DNA of 61,579 bases. Source: Schmidtea nova (Eukaryota). The notes below the pieces were generated by a model. That model saw only the letters and a program-made list of their open reading frames with translations, was not told the origin of the DNA and searched no databases. Of the stretch, positions 37,301-52,192 are shown in pieces; the first letter of the stretch is position 1, and the number at the start of each line of letters is the position of its first letter. The stretch is from contig CM097883.1 in NCBI GenBank assembly GCA_044892505.1, forward strand, positions 404,738,422 to 404,800,000. The letters are read 5' to 3'. A program made the position numbers and the translations under genes.

Positions 37301-37642
37301 GATAACGACTCAATCTTCTCTGCAATAGCGGCAGTCATGTGCCAAAAAAACTTTAAAATTACAATTTTATAAGTAATTCATTTTTAACTATGAACTGTCA
37401 ACAAAATACCAATAATGATAATGAAGTTAAGGAAACAATATCATTAAATGGAAGATCGATATTTGAAAGTCCTAAACGTTCAAGTAAATTTATATTTATT
37501 TTTTATAAAGTTATTATTATAATATTTATTAGAAAAATATAAAGAAATCAAGAGTCCAATTGAAGAACTGCAGTCCATAATAAATTCTTACTTGGACTCA
37601 AAAGAACGATTAATTAGCAAACCTCGAAAAAAGAATATAGAA

Positions 37643-40600
37643 ATAATCAAGTTGAAAATAGAAAATGAAAGATTATTGAATGAAATCTGAGAATCGAAAG
37701 ATGTTCAATGAAATAAAATATTTTTAATAGTTTTTTAGTTTTTTTCTTATATAACATTTGGTTAAAATTTTATTAGTATAGTTGTTGTTGTGTTAAATAA
37801 AAAACATGTTAAGTAAATAATCTTTTTGAATGTATAGATACATAATTTATAGTAAAGCTATTGATGACATATATATGACTATTTAAAGATATGAAGAGGT
37901 AAAATAATTAATATCATATTTCAGACAATGTTTTTGATCTTGCGATGAAATTATTAAATATTCAAAAGCTTGAATATATGTTATGATGGATATGTTTCTT
38001 AGGATATCTTGCTTGATACTTTGTTTTTAATGTTGAAGTTTTTTTTACCATCTGACAAAATCCCCTAAATTATTATTTATATCTCAAATGAATTACTTAT
38101 AAAATTGTAATAGATATATACCAGCTTTTATTACGTTGTGGTACTTTATAAATATTTTACGTTGTGGTATTTTTATTTATCCATTTTATTTATTTTTTTT
38201 GCTCATATTTTACTATTCATTACAAAAATTTTACAGGGTACTTAACAAAATATTTGAGGATAACCAAAAATTTTTTTATTGATTTATTACAATTTTTATT
38301 ATTTGATTTCCTTATTAATAGGTGGTAGCTCCATCTCTTCTCCATTGACTATAACCTTCTTCTTTCTGTTTGCGTTTCCTTTTCTTTGCATATTTTCCTT
38401 TTCAACACCTTTTTAATTCTCAATTTATTGCTTTTTATGATATTTAGCTCCTCTTCCAATATTGCTTCTGCTTTTTGAACAGGTAGTCTTAATTGCCTCC
38501 ACCGTATGAAATTCTTGCTCGATGATCTGGATTTCAGATCACCTTTTTTCTTTCGGCTTATCCGATGTTCTACTTGTAGTTAATATTTTCCTTTTCTTAT
38601 AATCATTTAGTGAGCAACATACTCCACATCATCTTGCCATTGGCTTTCAACAGCTAAATAAATTATCCGTACTGTTTCTATGTCATCCAAGGCCGAGTGA
38701 CTTCCTTTTCTATTTATTTCTTTTTATTTCCATTTTTTTCAAATTCCCATTGACCGTCTTCTTCGTCATGACGATTTTCCCCAGGCCATTTTATTTATTT
38801 CTTTATAATTTAGTTCTTTAGGTATCCTCAACAATACTATCGATTTTCCAGGATTTTAAAAAAAGCAAGAAACATGCATTCAAAAATGTGTTTTACTTGT
38901 TATTTGATTCTAAAATAAATTGATCGCATGTCATTGTAGCATTCATGTATATTAAACAAATATTAGATAATTCAGGTTCAAATAACTATTTTCATTGGTC
39001 AGTACATGTATATTAATTGTATTTATATTATTATTATTGTTTAAGATTATTCAAAGTAAAATATACTCCTAGGTTCAAGAAAACGGAGAATGGCAAAAAT
39101 TAATAGAATTGACTGAAAATAATATAATTTGGACATTATTTAAAATCACCGGGCCGTAAAAGGATTCAGTGCCTGATTATCGGAACCTTAGTTCATTCCG
39201 TGAGTCATTACTTGATATATAAAACGCTGTTGCAGTTCACTTCGTAAAAATATACTGTTCTATCTAGTAAATTAGATTGTAAAATCTGGAACCCAAAGTT
39301 TTTTCATTATGCAATCTTTATTCGTTATTGTCAGTAAATGGATGCGACCTCGCCTCTATACAAATAGTTTGAATGTGCGATTCATCTTTATAAAAGATGA
39401 CCAGACAGATCGATAAGGGTAAACCGCGACGTTGCTGGTTTCATACACATTTCCTAATTTTAAGGAGTTATGTACGACTTTTTCGGCAGACTTCATATAA
39501 AGAATATATCCCACATAGTTGCAAAATAATACATTAAATAAAATGAATCTACCCTCAGGTATTGTAGAAAGATATTATCAACACTTTTCAATGACATCAA
39601 TGAAGCATATCATGGACATGGCAACTGAAAAAAGGTTTTTTAATTCTCCTTAGAATGGGAAAACATGATGCCAGTTCCTTTATCATCAATATCTGGTTTG
39701 TTGGGAAACAAGTGGTTTTTACAAAGATTAAAATTTGAAACCTGATTTCGTTTTCATAAAAGGCAACGATTGAGTTGTTGTTGAAAATGGTGAACACTAT
39801 CATGGAAAGCAATCTTGCCAATAGAAAATAGAAGTGTGGACGGGGGAGCAAAGGAAATAATCGATGAGTCATAACCTATCAAAATAGAATAACCATTGTT
39901 AACGCTCACACGATGAGTCATTAAAAATTATTTTAAGTGGTTCTCGCAATGTTGCTTTTTCATATTGGAGACACTGCATCTTTTGGATCTACTTTATAGC
40001 CTTGAACAGATAGATAAATGAATTTTCATTATTAATAAAGATTTTTATTAGCTTTTTTATAGGAAATTGCAATGTTTTTAATTATGCGATGAATGATTCA
40101 GATACGATAAATGATTCCGCGATGATATATTCCGCGATGAATAGAAATAATCAAATAGAAATAAGATTTTGTAAATAGAAATATTTTGATAATAATTTCA
40201 TTAAAATATATATTATATTGTAAAATATAGGAAACATAATGATACTCATAATGACACTTGTAATAAATTTTTGATAATAATAATTTTTTATAAAAGTTAA
40301 ATCAATAGCTTATAACATTATTTTGTTAAAGATAATTTTAATAGATTATAATATTAATGATTAAAGCATTTTTTATTTTATTTTTTATAACTATATAGTG
40401 TTGGGACAAAACTGCAAACTGTTTAAATTTCAGCATTTTAAATGTCATATTTATCAAGTAATTAAATTTTTTTGCTCCCATACCCTCTGACATCCGTTCA
40501 GGCCTAGTGCCAAACGGACGAAAGTAGCCTGAGCGGATCGCAGGTTCGATTTGTAATCGATCAGTCCATTTTACATAATCAAGTTGAAAATAGAAAATGA

Positions 40601-43600
40601 AAGATTATTGAATGAAATCTGAGAATCGAAAGATGTTCAATGAAATAAAATATTTTTAATAGTTTTTTAGTTTTTTTCTTATATAACATTTGGTTAAAAT
40701 TTTATTAGTATAGTTGTTGTTGTGTTAAATAAAAAACATGTTAAGTAAATAATCTTTTTGAATGTATAGATACATAATTTATAGTAAAGCTATTGATGAC
40801 ATATATATGACTATTTAAAGATATGAAGAGGTAAAATAATTAATATCATATTTCAGACAATGTTTTTGATCTTGCGATGAAATTATTAAATATTCAAAAG
40901 CTTGAATATATGTTATGATGGATATGTTTCTTAGGATATCTTGCTTGATACTTTGTTTTTAATGTTGAAGTTTTTTTACCATCTGACAAAATCCCCTAAA
41001 TTATTATTTATATCTCAAATGAATTACTTATAAAATTGTAATAGATATATACCAGCTTTTATTACGTTGTGGTACTTTATAAATATTTTACGTTGTGGTA
41101 TTTTTATTTATCCATTTTATTTATTTTTTTTGCTCATATTTTACTATTCATTACAAAAATTTTACAGGGTACTTAACAAAATATTTGAGGATAACCAAAA
41201 ATTTTTTTATTGATTTATTACAATTTTTATTATTTGATTTCCTTATTAATAGGTGGTAGCTCCATCTCTTCTCCATTGACTATAACCTTCTTCTTTCTGT
41301 TTGCGTTTCCTTTTCTTTGCATATTTTCCTTTTCAACACCTTTTTAATTCTCAATTTATTGCTTTTTATGATATTTAGCTCCTCTTCCAATATTGCTTCT
41401 GCTTTTTGAACAGGTAGTCTTAATTGCCTCCACCGTATGAAATTCTTGCTCGATGATCTGGATTTCAGATCACCTTTTTTCTTTCGGCTTATCCGATGTT
41501 CTACTTGTAGTTAATATTTTCCTTTTCTTATAATCATTTAGTGAGCAACATACTCCACATCATCTTGCCATTGGCTTTCAACAGCTAAATAAATTATCCG
41601 TACTGTTTCTATGTCATCCAAGGCCGAGTGACTTCCTTTTCTATTTATTTCTTTTTATTTCCATTTTTTTCAAATTCCCATTGACCGTCTTCTTCGTCAT
41701 GACGATTTTCCCCAGGCCATTTTATTTATTTCTTTATAATTTAGTTCTTTAGGTATCCTCAACAATACTATCGATTTTCCAGGATTTTAAAAAAAGCAAG
41801 AAACATGCATTCAAAAATGTGTTTTACTTGTTATTTGATTCTAAAATAAATTGATCGCATGTCATTGTAGCATTCATGTATATTAAACAAATATTAGATA
41901 ATTCAGGTTCAAATAACTATTTTCATTGGTCAGTACATGTATATTAATTGTATTTATATTATTATTATTGTTTAAGATTATTCAAAGTAAAATATACTCC
42001 TAGGTTCAAGAAAACGGAGAATGGCAAAAATTAATAGAATTGACTGAAAATAATATAATTTGGACATTATTTAAAATCACCGGGCCGTAAAAGGATTCAG
42101 TGCCTGATTATCGGAACCTTAGTTCATTCCGTGAGTCATTACTTGATATATAAAACGCTGTTGCAGTTCACTTCGTAAAAATATACTGTTCTATCTAGTA
42201 AATTAGATTGTAAAATCTGGAACCCAAAGTTTTTTCATTATGCAATCTTTATTCGTTATTGTCAGTAAATGGATGCGACCTCGCCTCTATACAAATAGTT
42301 TGAATGTGCGATTCATCTTTATAAAAGATGACCAGACAGATCGATAAGGGTAAACCGCGACGTTGCTGGTTTCATACACATTTCCTAATTTTAAGGAGTT
42401 ATGTACGACTTTTTCGGCAGACTTCATATAAAGAATATATCCCACATAGTTGCAAAATAATACATTAAATAAAATGAATCTACCCTCAGGTATTGTAGAA
42501 AGATATTATCAACACTTTTCAATGACATCAATGAAGCATATCATGGACATGGCAACTGAAAAAAGGTTTTTTAATTCTCCTTAGAATGGGAAAACATGAT
42601 GCCAGTTCCTTTATCATCAATATCTGGTTTGTTGGGAAACAAGTGGTTTTTACAAAGATTAAAATTTGAAACCTGATTTCGTTTTCATAAAAGGCAACGA
42701 TTGAGTTGTTGTTGAAAATGGTGAACACTATCATGGAAAGCAATCTTGCCAATAGAAAATAGAAGTGTGGACGGGGGAGCAAAGGAAATAATCGATGAGT
42801 CATAACCTATCAAAATAGAATAACCATTGTTAACGCTCACACGATGAGTCATTAAAAATTATTTTAAGTGGTTCTCGCAATGTTGCTTTTTCATATTGGA
42901 GACACTGCATCTTTTGGATCTACTTTATAGCCTTGAACAGATAGATAAATGAATTTTCATTATTAATAAAGATTTTTATTAGCTTTTTTATAGGAAATTG
43001 CAATGTTTTTAATTATGCGATGAATGATTCAGATACGATAAATGATTCCGCGATGATATATTCCGCGATGAATAGAAATAATCAAATAGAAATAAGATTT
43101 TGTAAATAGAAATATTTTGATAATAATTTCATTAAAATATATATTATATTGTAAAATATAGGAAACATAATGATACTCATAATGACACTTGTAATAAATT
43201 TTTGATAATAATAATTTTTTATAAAAGTTAAATCAATAGCTTATAACATTATTTTGTTAAAGATAATTTTAATAGATTATAATATTAATGATTAAAGCAT
43301 TTTTTATTTTATTTTTTATAACTATATAGTGTTGGGACAAAACTGCAAACTGTTTAAATTTCAGCATTTTAAATGTCATATTTATCAAGTAATTAAATTT
43401 TTTTGCTCCCATACCCTCTGACATCCGTTCAGGCCTAGTGCCAAACGGACGAAAGTAGCCTGAGCGGATCGCAGGTTCGATTTGTAATCGATCAGTCCAT
43501 TTTACATAATCAAGTTGAAAATAGAAAATGAAAGATTATTGAATGAAATCTGAGAATCGAAAGATGTTCAATGAAATAAAATATTTTTAATAGTTTTTTA

Positions 43601-46600
43601 GTTTTTTTCTTATATAACATTTGGTTAAAATTTTATTAGTATAGTTGTTGTTGTGTTAAATAAAAAACATGTTAAGTAAATAATCTTTTTGAATGTATAG
43701 ATACATAATTTATAGTAAAGCTATTGATGACATATATATGACTATTTAAAGATATGAAGAGGTAAAATAATTAATATCATATTTCAGACAATGTTTTTGA
43801 TCTTGCGATGAAATTATTAAATATTCAAAAGCTTGAATATATGTTATGATGGATATGTTTCTTAGGATATCTTGCTTGATACTTTGTTTTTAATGTTGAA
43901 GTTTTTTTTACCATCTGACAAAATCCCCTAAATTATTATTTATATCTCAAATGAATTACTTATAAAATTGTAATAGATATATACCAGCTTTTATTACGTT
44001 GTGGTACTTTATAAATATTTTACGTTGTGGTATTTTTATTTATCCATTTTATTTATTTTTTTTGCTCATATTTTACTATTCATTACAAAAATTTTACAGG
44101 GTACTTAACAAAATATTTGAGGATAACCAAAAATTTTTTTATTGATTTATTACAATTTTTATTATTTGATTTCCTTATTAATAGGTGGTAGCTCCATCTC
44201 TTCTCCATTGACTATAACCTTCTTCTTTCTGTTTGCGTTTCCTTTTCTTTGCATATTTTCCTTTTCAACACCTTTTTAATTCTCAATTTATTGCTTTTTA
44301 TGATATTTAGCTCCTCTTCCAATATTGCTTCTGCTTTTTGAACAGGTAGTCTTAATTGCCTCCACCGTATGAAATTCTTGCTCGATGATCTGGATTTCAG
44401 ATCACCTTTTTTCTTTCGGCTTATCCGATGTTCTACTTGTAGTTAATATTTTCCTTTTCTTATAATCATTTAGTGAGCAACATACTCCACATCATCTTGC
44501 CATTGGCTTTCAACAGCTAAATAAATTATCCGTACTGTTTCTATGTCATCCAAGGCCGAGTGACTTCCTTTTCTATTTATTTCTTTTTATTTCCATTTTT
44601 TTCAAATTCCCATTGACCGTCTTCTTCGTCATGACGATTTTCCCCAGGCCATTTTATTTATTTCTTTATAATTTAGTTCTTTAGGTATCCTCAACAATAC
44701 TATCGATTTTCCAGGATTTTAAAAAAAGCAAGAAACATGCATTCAAAAATGTGTTTTACTTGTTATTTGATTCTAAAATAAATTGATCGCATGTCATTGT
44801 AGCATTCATGTATATTAAACAAATATTAGATAATTCAGGTTCAAATAACTATTTTCATTGGTCAGTACATGTATATTAATTGTATTTATATTATTATTAT
44901 TGTTTAAGATTATTCAAAGTAAAATATACTCCTAGGTTCAAGAAAACGGAGAATGGCAAAAATTAATAGAATTGACTGAAAATAATATAATTTGGACATT
45001 ATTTAAAATCACCGGGCCGTAAAAGGATTCAGTGCCTGATTATCGGAACCTTAGTTCATTCCGTGAGTCATTACTTGATATATAAAACGCTGTTGCAGTT
45101 CACTTCGTAAAAATATACTGTTCTATCTAGTAAATTAGATTGTAAAATCTGGAACCCAAAGTTTTTTCATTATGCAATCTTTATTCGTTATTGTCAGTAA
45201 ATGGATGCGACCTCGCCTCTATACAAATAGTTTGAATGTGCGATTCATCTTTATAAAAGATGACCAGACAGATCGATAAGGGTAAACCGCGACGTTGCTG
45301 GTTTCATACACATTTCCTAATTTTAAGGAGTTATGTACGACTTTTTCGGCAGACTTCATATAAAGAATATATCCCACATAGTTGCAAAATAATACATTAA
45401 ATAAAATGAATCTACCCTCAGGTATTGTAGAAAGATATTATCAACACTTTTCAATGACATCAATGAAGCATATCATGGACATGGCAACTGAAAAAAGGTT
45501 TTTTAATTCTCCTTAGAATGGGAAAACATGATGCCAGTTCCTTTATCATCAATATCTGGTTTGTTGGGAAACAAGTGGTTTTTACAAAGATTAAAATTTG
45601 AAACCTGATTTCGTTTTCATAAAAGGCAACGATTGAGTTGTTGTTGAAAATGGTGAACACTATCATGGAAAGCAATCTTGCCAATAGAAAATAGAAGTGT
45701 GGACGGGGGAGCAAAGGAAATAATCGATGAGTCATAACCTATCAAAATAGAATAACCATTGTTAACGCTCACACGATGAGTCATTAAAAATTATTTTAAG
45801 TGGTTCTCGCAATGTTGCTTTTTCATATTGGAGACACTGCATCTTTTGGATCTACTTTATAGCCTTGAACAGATAGATAAATGAATTTTCATTATTAATA
45901 AAGATTTTTATTAGCTTTTTTATAGGAAATTGCAATGTTTTTAATTATGCGATGAATGATTCAGATACGATAAATGATTCCGCGATGATATATTCCGCGA
46001 TGAATAGAAATAATCAAATAGAAATAAGATTTTGTAAATAGAAATATTTTGATAATAATTTCATTAAAATATATATTATATTGTAAAATATAGGAAACAT
46101 AATGATACTCATAATGACACTTGTAATAAATTTTTGATAATAATAATTTTTTATAAAAGTTAAATCAATAGCTTATAACATTATTTTGTTAAAGATAATT
46201 TTAATAGATTATAATATTAATGATTAAAGCATTTTTTATTTTATTTTTTATAACTATATAGTGTTGGGACAAAACTGCAAACTGTTTAAATTTCAGCATT
46301 TTAAATGTCATATTTATCAAGTAATTAAATTTTTTTGCTCCCATACCCTCTGACATCCGTTCAGGCCTAGTGCCAAACGGACGAAAGTAGCCTGAGCGGA
46401 TCGCAGGTTCGATTTGTAATCGATCAGTCCATTTTACATAATCAAGTTGAAAATAGAAAATGAAAGATTATTGAATGAAATCTGAGAATCGAAAGATGTT
46501 CAATGAAATAAAATATTTTTAATAGTTTTTTAGTTTTTTTCTTATATAACATTTGGTTAAAATTTTATTAGTATAGTTGTTGTTGTGTTAAATAAAAAAC

Positions 46601-49367
46601 ATGTTAAGTAAATAATCTTTTTGAATGTATAGATACATAATTTATAGTAAAGCTATTGATGACATATATATGACTATTTAAAGATATGAAGAGGTAAAAT
46701 AATTAATATCATATTTCAGACAATGTTTTTGATCTTGCGATGAAATTATTAAATATTCAAAAGCTTGAATATATGTTATGATGGATATGTTTCTTAGGAT
46801 ATCTTGCTTGATACTTTGTTTTTAATGTTGAAGTTTTTTTTACCATCTGACAAAATCCCCTAAATTATTATTTATATCTCAAATGAATTACTTATAAAAT
46901 TGTAATAGATATATACCAGCTTTTATTACGTTGTGGTACTTTATAAATATTTTACGTTGTGGTATTTTTATTTATCCATTTTATTTATTTTTTTTGCTCA
47001 TATTTTACTATTCATTACAAAAATTTTACAGGGTACTTAACAAAATATTTGAGGATAACCAAAAATTTTTTTATTGATTTATTACAATTTTTATTATTTG
47101 ATTTCCTTATTAATAGGTGGTAGCTCCATCTCTTCTCCATTGACTATAACCTTCTTCTTTCTGTTTGCGTTTCCTTTTCTTTGCATATTTTCCTTTTCAA
47201 CACCTTTTTAATTCTCAATTTATTGCTTTTTATGATATTTAGCTCCTCTTCCAATATTGCTTCTGCTTTTTGAACAGGTAGTCTTAATTGCCTCCACCGT
47301 ATGAAATTCTTGCTCGATGATCTGGATTTCAGATCACCTTTTTTCTTTCGGCTTATCCGATGTTCTACTTGTAGTTAATATTTTCCTTTTCTTATAATCA
47401 TTTAGTGAGCAACATACTCCACATCATCTTGCCATTGGCTTTCAACAGCTAAATAAATTATCCGTACTGTTTCTATGTCATCCAAGGCCGAGTGACTTCC
47501 TTTTCTATTTATTTCTTTTTATTTCCATTTTTTTCAAATTCCCATTGACCGTCTTCTTCGTCATGACGATTTTCCCCAGGCCATTTTATTTATTTCTTTA
47601 TAATTTAGTTCTTTAGGTATCCTCAACAATACTATCGATTTTCCAGGATTTTAAAAAAAGCAAGAAACATGCATTCAAAAATGTGTTTTACTTGTTATTT
47701 GATTCTAAAATAAATTGATCGCATGTCATTGTAGCATTCATGTATATTAAACAAATATTAGATAATTCAGGTTCAAATAACTATTTTCATTGGTCAGTAC
47801 ATGTATATTAATTGTATTTATATTATTATTATTGTTTAAGATTATTCAAAGTAAAATATACTCCTAGGTTCAAGAAAACGGAGAATGGCAAAAATTAATA
47901 GAATTGACTGAAAATAATATAATTTGGACATTATTTAAAATCACCGGGCCGTAAAAGGATTCAGTGCCTGATTATCGGAACCTTAGTTCATTCCGTGAGT
48001 CATTACTTGATATATAAAACGCTGTTGCAGTTCACTTCGTAAAAATATACTGTTCTATCTAGTAAATTAGATTGTAAAATCTGGAACCCAAAGTTTTTTC
48101 ATTATGCAATCTTTATTCGTTATTGTCAGTAAATGGATGCGACCTCGCCTCTATACAAATAGTTTGAATGTGCGATTCATCTTTATAAAAGATGACCAGA
48201 CAGATCGATAAGGGTAAACCGCGACGTTGCTGGTTTCATACACATTTCCTAATTTTAAGGAGTTATGTACGACTTTTTCGGCAGACTTCATATAAAGAAT
48301 ATATCCCACATAGTTGCAAAATAATACATTAAATAAAATGAATCTACCCTCAGGTATTGTAGAAAGATATTATCAACACTTTTCAATGACATCAATGAAG
48401 CATATCATGGACATGGCAACTGAAAAAAGGTTTTTTAATTCTCCTTAGAATGGGAAAACATGATGCCAGTTCCTTTATCATCAATATCTGGTTTGTTGGG
48501 AAACAAGTGGTTTTTACAAAGATTAAAATTTGAAACCTGATTTCGTTTTCATAAAAGGCAACGATTGAGTTGTTGTTGAAAATGGTGAACACTATCATGG
48601 AAAGCAATCTTGCCAATAGAAAATAGAAGTGTGGACGGGGGAGCAAAGGAAATAATCGATGAGTCATAACCTATCAAAATAGAATAACCATTGTTAACGC
48701 TCACACGATGAGTCATTAAAAATTATTTTAAGTGGTTCTCGCAATGTTGCTTTTTCATATTGGAGACACTGCATCTTTTGGATCTACTTTATAGCCTTGA
48801 ACAGATAGATAAATGAATTTTCATTATTAATAAAGATTTTTATTAGCTTTTTTATAGGAAATTGCAATGTTTTTAATTATGCGATGAATGATTCAGATAC
48901 GATAAATGATTCCGCGATGATATATTCCGCGATGAATAGAAATAATCAAATAGAAATAAGATTTTGTAAATAGAAATATTTTGATAATAATTTCATTAAA
49001 ATATATATTATATTGTAAAATATAGGAAACATAATGATACTCATAATGACACTTGTAATAAATTTTTGATAATAATAATTTTTTATAAAAGTTAAATCAA
49101 TAGCTTATAACATTATTTTGTTAAAGATAATTTTAATAGATTATAATATTAATGATTAAAGCATTTTTTATTTTATTTTTTATAACTATATAGTGTTGGG
49201 ACAAAACTGCAAACTGTTTAAATTTCAGCATTTTAAATGTCATATTTATCAAGTAATTAAATTTTTTTGCTCCCATACCCTCTGACATCCGTTCAGGCCT
49301 AGTGCCAAACGGACGAAAGTAGCCTGAGCGGATCGCAGGTTCGATTTGTAATCGATCAGTCCATTTT
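37643..49367. repeat. Four head-to-tail copies of a ~2932-bp unit
   Basis: Units start at 37643, 40575, 43506 and 46438; only difference noticed is a 7-T versus 8-T run in copy 2; unit is a mosaic of decayed TE fragments. Confidence 0.97.
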
Positions 49368-49445
49368 TCCGCCTCAAGGTGACGCCCAAACATCCATGCT
49401 CATTTCATCCCAACTGGGGAACAGAGGCTTGGTCAAGGGCAAGGT
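49296..49445 (+). mobile_element. Possible tRNA-derived SINE; its head forms the end of each tandem unit
   Basis: A-box-like GGCCTAGTGCCAA and B-box/T-arm-like GATCGCAGGTTCGATT (49338-49346); body continues only after the last unit. Confidence 0.4.
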
Positions 49446-51454
49446 TTTATATTAATGATCATCAATTTATATTAATGTATTTTATCTGAACTATATTTTA
49501 CAATTAAAAACTGAATACCAACGTTAATTCATCTATCAATGACTTTTCAACCATAAAATGTATCAGCACAAAAATATCCAGCTCGTTATTCGCCTTCGCT
49601 CTCATAAACAACCTTTTATTTCATCAGATCTTGTAAGCCAAATGGAGATAGAATTTTATGAAATTAGTTAAAACAGATGCTCAACGATCAATATAATCAT
49701 TTAGATCATGATCGAAGATGTGAAAAATTATTGAGTTATTAAAATCAAATTCAAAAATTATAAAATTACAAAGTTTTTACAAAAATAACAGCTCAATGAT
49801 AATTAGAAATGTTTTGAACATGTGAATGAAAGTTGATTCCATCTATTTGAACTTCATTACATCGAAAATTTTTTATTAAAATTTATTGAGAATTTTATTA
49901 TATTATAAAAAATATAAAAATTTATTTAGAATTTTATTATTTTGATGGTGAAAATCTTATCGAAAATTTATATTATGATGAGTTTGATTTATTTTAAAAT
50001 TTGGATTTTAGTGTAAAAAAATTTATTTAGAATTTTATTATTTCATTTAACGTAAAAAGAAAAAATTTTTATTTAGGATTTATTTATTTTTGTGAAAATT
50101 TAGTTTCTAATTGTTACCAAACTGGTATAGGAACTAGAAAATAAAAATTTTATCATAAAATAAATTCAAATTTTAGTCATTCCTCATTTCAGTCAATAAG
50201 ATCTCCTATACTAGACACTACAATAAACAACACACCCACTTACCAACATATACAACGTGATTTCATCTATCAGTATCCACTAGCATCGTACATCCAGACA
50301 ATCCCCACAAGTATTCATACAATCACAGCCAATGTTTATCGCCTATTGCATTAGCATCATTTCCAACATAGAAACACATAAAATCACATAAAATCATAAC
50401 AATAAGGCACTCATTTCAAACTTACAATAATATATACACCCATTTGCGATCGTCACAATGATAAGAAAATAATCTTTTAAGAAGTATGAATGATCTAACG
50501 AGTCATCATTCAGACGGTTACGCAGCTTAATACAGAAATTTGCTGTTGAAGAAAATGCTCTTTATGATTCAACGCCTGATGGTCTTATTGTCAACAAATG
50601 TTCATACACAAGAGTTAACAAAGAACCTCGGAAACCGATATCAATAAACATTGTAAGTTCTCGTTTTAATGATTCCATTCTATTTTTATTTATTTTTAAA
50701 TTTACAAATATTTTTAAAAATAGTGTGCAAATGTTTATTTTTTAGATTGCAAAATATAGTTAGCAAAAATCAATTTTATAGTATGCAAAAACCTTTTTTT
50801 TAATTAGCAAATATTATTATGTGCAAAATGGAATTATTTAGTTTTAATTTAATTAGGAGCCGTCATCCAGCTCGAGAATTCATATTTTTCACCAGCCACT
50901 TAGATAAGTTGGCTAGGACACAAAAGGCGAAGAATTTTCAACTAGAAAACGATGTCACTCGTATTGAGCTAAGAAATTGATATCAAGGAATTGATACTAC
51001 CATTTACGCTGTCCTAATCGTACCCTACGCCACTTAATATTTAAGGCTCAGTTACAACATCAAGAGTAAGAAACGAAAAAGAATCAGTTCGTAAAAGCGG
51101 CAAAGAAAAAATCCCGAAAATATAAAGGATCTGTAATGTAAACAATATTATTTCATGGTGTCGACTTCTCTTAATTTTTTTGTTGAATATAGTGGTTCGC
51201 CGCGTGCAACTGCGATTGATTTCCAATTCAATAGCCTCATCAATTGAAAATTCTTTATTTTTACGAAGGCAAATAGTTCCTAACAATTCGCAGGAGTCAC
51301 ACAAGCGAGCCTCTATCTGTAAACACTTCTAATCTCTTAGTTTATGTTATACAATGCTTCATAAATTTTTTTTTCTCATTTTCAAAACCAAAAAGCAAAC
51401 AAGAAAACAACAATCCAAAAATCAATAATTCGAAAAAATCTACAAATCTACAAA

Positions 51455-51929
51455 TCTACTTGGATCGGTTTTGAAAAACAGTGGCTTATCAATTTCCTTA
51501 TCATATGACAATGCGATCATTGAACATCCTAATGTCCTCATTTCAGCTGATTGAGTGTACAATTGATTATTATCGGCAATACATCGACAAATCATGTCAC
51601 AGGACATTTCGTATCCATTTTTATATTTAAATCGTGCAGCTTCCATTTGTGCACGGCATACTTGCGATCTGCAATCAGGAATCATAACAGGTCATAACGC
51701 AACCTGTACTTTCAGTTATATTAAATAATCTTGTAGCTGAAGTCTTTTCAATCATTTTATCTGGAACTTTTCTTTGTGTAGCAACTACGCCACAATCATT
51801 ACCTCTAACACCAACAGAAAGTAATCCATCTAACGCAATCGCTTTAAATGCATATTCGACTTGAAATAATCTGCTTTCGGGTGAACAAATAGTCATATAA
51901 CGATCAAAAACATTCGAGTCCAATGACAT
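51455..51929 (-). pseudogene. PSMA6: Proteasome subunit alpha type-6 5' fragment
   Basis: [24 protein letters not shown]...[20 protein letters not shown]...DCRSQV.RAQMEAARFKYKNGYEM...YTQSAEMRTLGCSM...FKTDPS; 1-nt frameshift near 51685; truncated after TDPS. Confidence 0.92.
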
Positions 51930-52130
51930 TTTTTAATTTATTAAATTATAAAGCAAATTTCAAAAATTTAACGAATTTCAAATCTAATTCAAAATGTTCG
52001 CACTTCCTAATCGAAACCGAAACACAAAAATCCGATTTAAAAAACTCCACACAGCTAATTACAAAAATTAGTCCAGATAAACAAAAAAAGACCTCCAAAA
52101 TTCGATAATTTCTCAGCTAAATTCCGTTCT

Positions 52131-52192
52131 CGCGTCTGTGTGCGCATCCCCAAGGAAAAATAAATATCACATAACAACTGTGCACACAGACG
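52131..52192. promoter_or_regulatory. Two GCACACAGACG(CG) motifs upstream of the PSMA6 fragment
   Basis: CGCGTCTGTGTGCGC 52131-52145 and TGTGCACACAGACG 52179-52192, 200-260 bp upstream of the ATG. Confidence 0.5.

Noticed and set aside
39597-39872. 91-aa ORF repeated four times
   Set aside because: Repetition reflects the array; a different, stop-ridden frame weakly resembles a MULE transposase, so this ORF is likely spurious.
37643-49367. rDNA, histone or CRISPR-type array
   Set aside because: No rRNA, histone or spacer structure in the unit; the DNA is eukaryotic.
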